Of a stretch of DNA of 32,207 bases, positions 32,143-32,207 are shown one piece after another. The notes below the pieces were generated by a model. The model did not search any database, was not told the DNA's origin, and saw only the letters and a program-made list of their open reading frames with translations. Source of the stretch: a virus; the IMG/VR virus record IMGVR_UViG_3300028378_000016. One strand, written 5' to 3'. Numbering within the stretch: position 1 is the first letter of the stretch; each line of letters begins with the position of its first letter. The translations under genes and the position numbers were made by a program.

Positions 32143-32207
32143 TTTATATTACTGCCTGTCAACCATTATTTTTATGTTTTTTATAGCTGTTTTTTACCCG
32201 TTTTATA
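32081..32207 (+). repeat. Terminal overlap; identical to 1-127
   Basis: Read directly. Confidence 0.95.

Noticed and set aside
1-32207. Looked for tRNA/tmRNA genes, a reverse transcriptase with template repeats (diversity-generating retroelement), and IS or transposase genes.
   Set aside because: I recognised no cloverleaf-like sequence, no RT-sized ORF with a YxDD-type motif and no transposase-like ORF by eye. A covariance-model scan would be needed to exclude small RNAs.

Overview
The window looks like a complete, circularly closed genome of a tailed phage, about 32.08 kb. The first 127 bp are identical to the last 127 bp.

Main modules, in order:
- **Packaging, head and tail (+ strand, about 27.0 kb, through the wrap point, to 15.5 kb).** It starts at a strong operator-bearing promoter. 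It encodes a PLD-like protein, small DNA-binding proteins, a Nu1-like small terminase, a lambda GpA-type large terminase, a lambda gpB-type portal and a fused prohead protease / HK97-fold capsid gene. These are followed by connector genes, a putative major tail protein with a clean terminator, a chaperone, a tape measure and six or seven tail-tip genes.
- **Lysis (15.6-17.3 kb).** Small membrane proteins are followed by a peptidase M15 endolysin.
- **Recombination operon (- strand, 21.6 to 17.1 kb).** SbcC/Rad50-like ATPase, RecT, an MBL-fold gene, VRR-NUC and Cys-rich small proteins.
- **Early and replication genes (+ strand, 21.9-23.4 kb).** A divergent promoter region, an HTH regulator, and an initiator-like gene with internal iterons.
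- **Accessory region (23.4-27.0 kb).**

The accessory region is the most interesting part:
- A Panacea/DUF4065 antitoxin is paired with a MazF-like candidate toxin. The cassette's two flanks recur around a different cargo at 31.6-32.1 kb.
- A 105-bp consensus promoter module is present twice.
- An operon encodes small acidic proteins and an RHH-like protein.
- A Cys-rich protein of 30 uninterrupted pentapeptide repeats may be a DNA mimic.

Other notable points:
- The MBL-fold gene is split inside its HxHxDH motif at CTT TGA C, the same heptanucleotide as the prfB +1 frameshift site.
- Late modules are GC-rich and early/accessory modules are AT-rich, with sharp islands.
- I recognised no integrase, tRNA or CRISPR array.

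All protein calls are motif-level recognition by eye. No database search was run.
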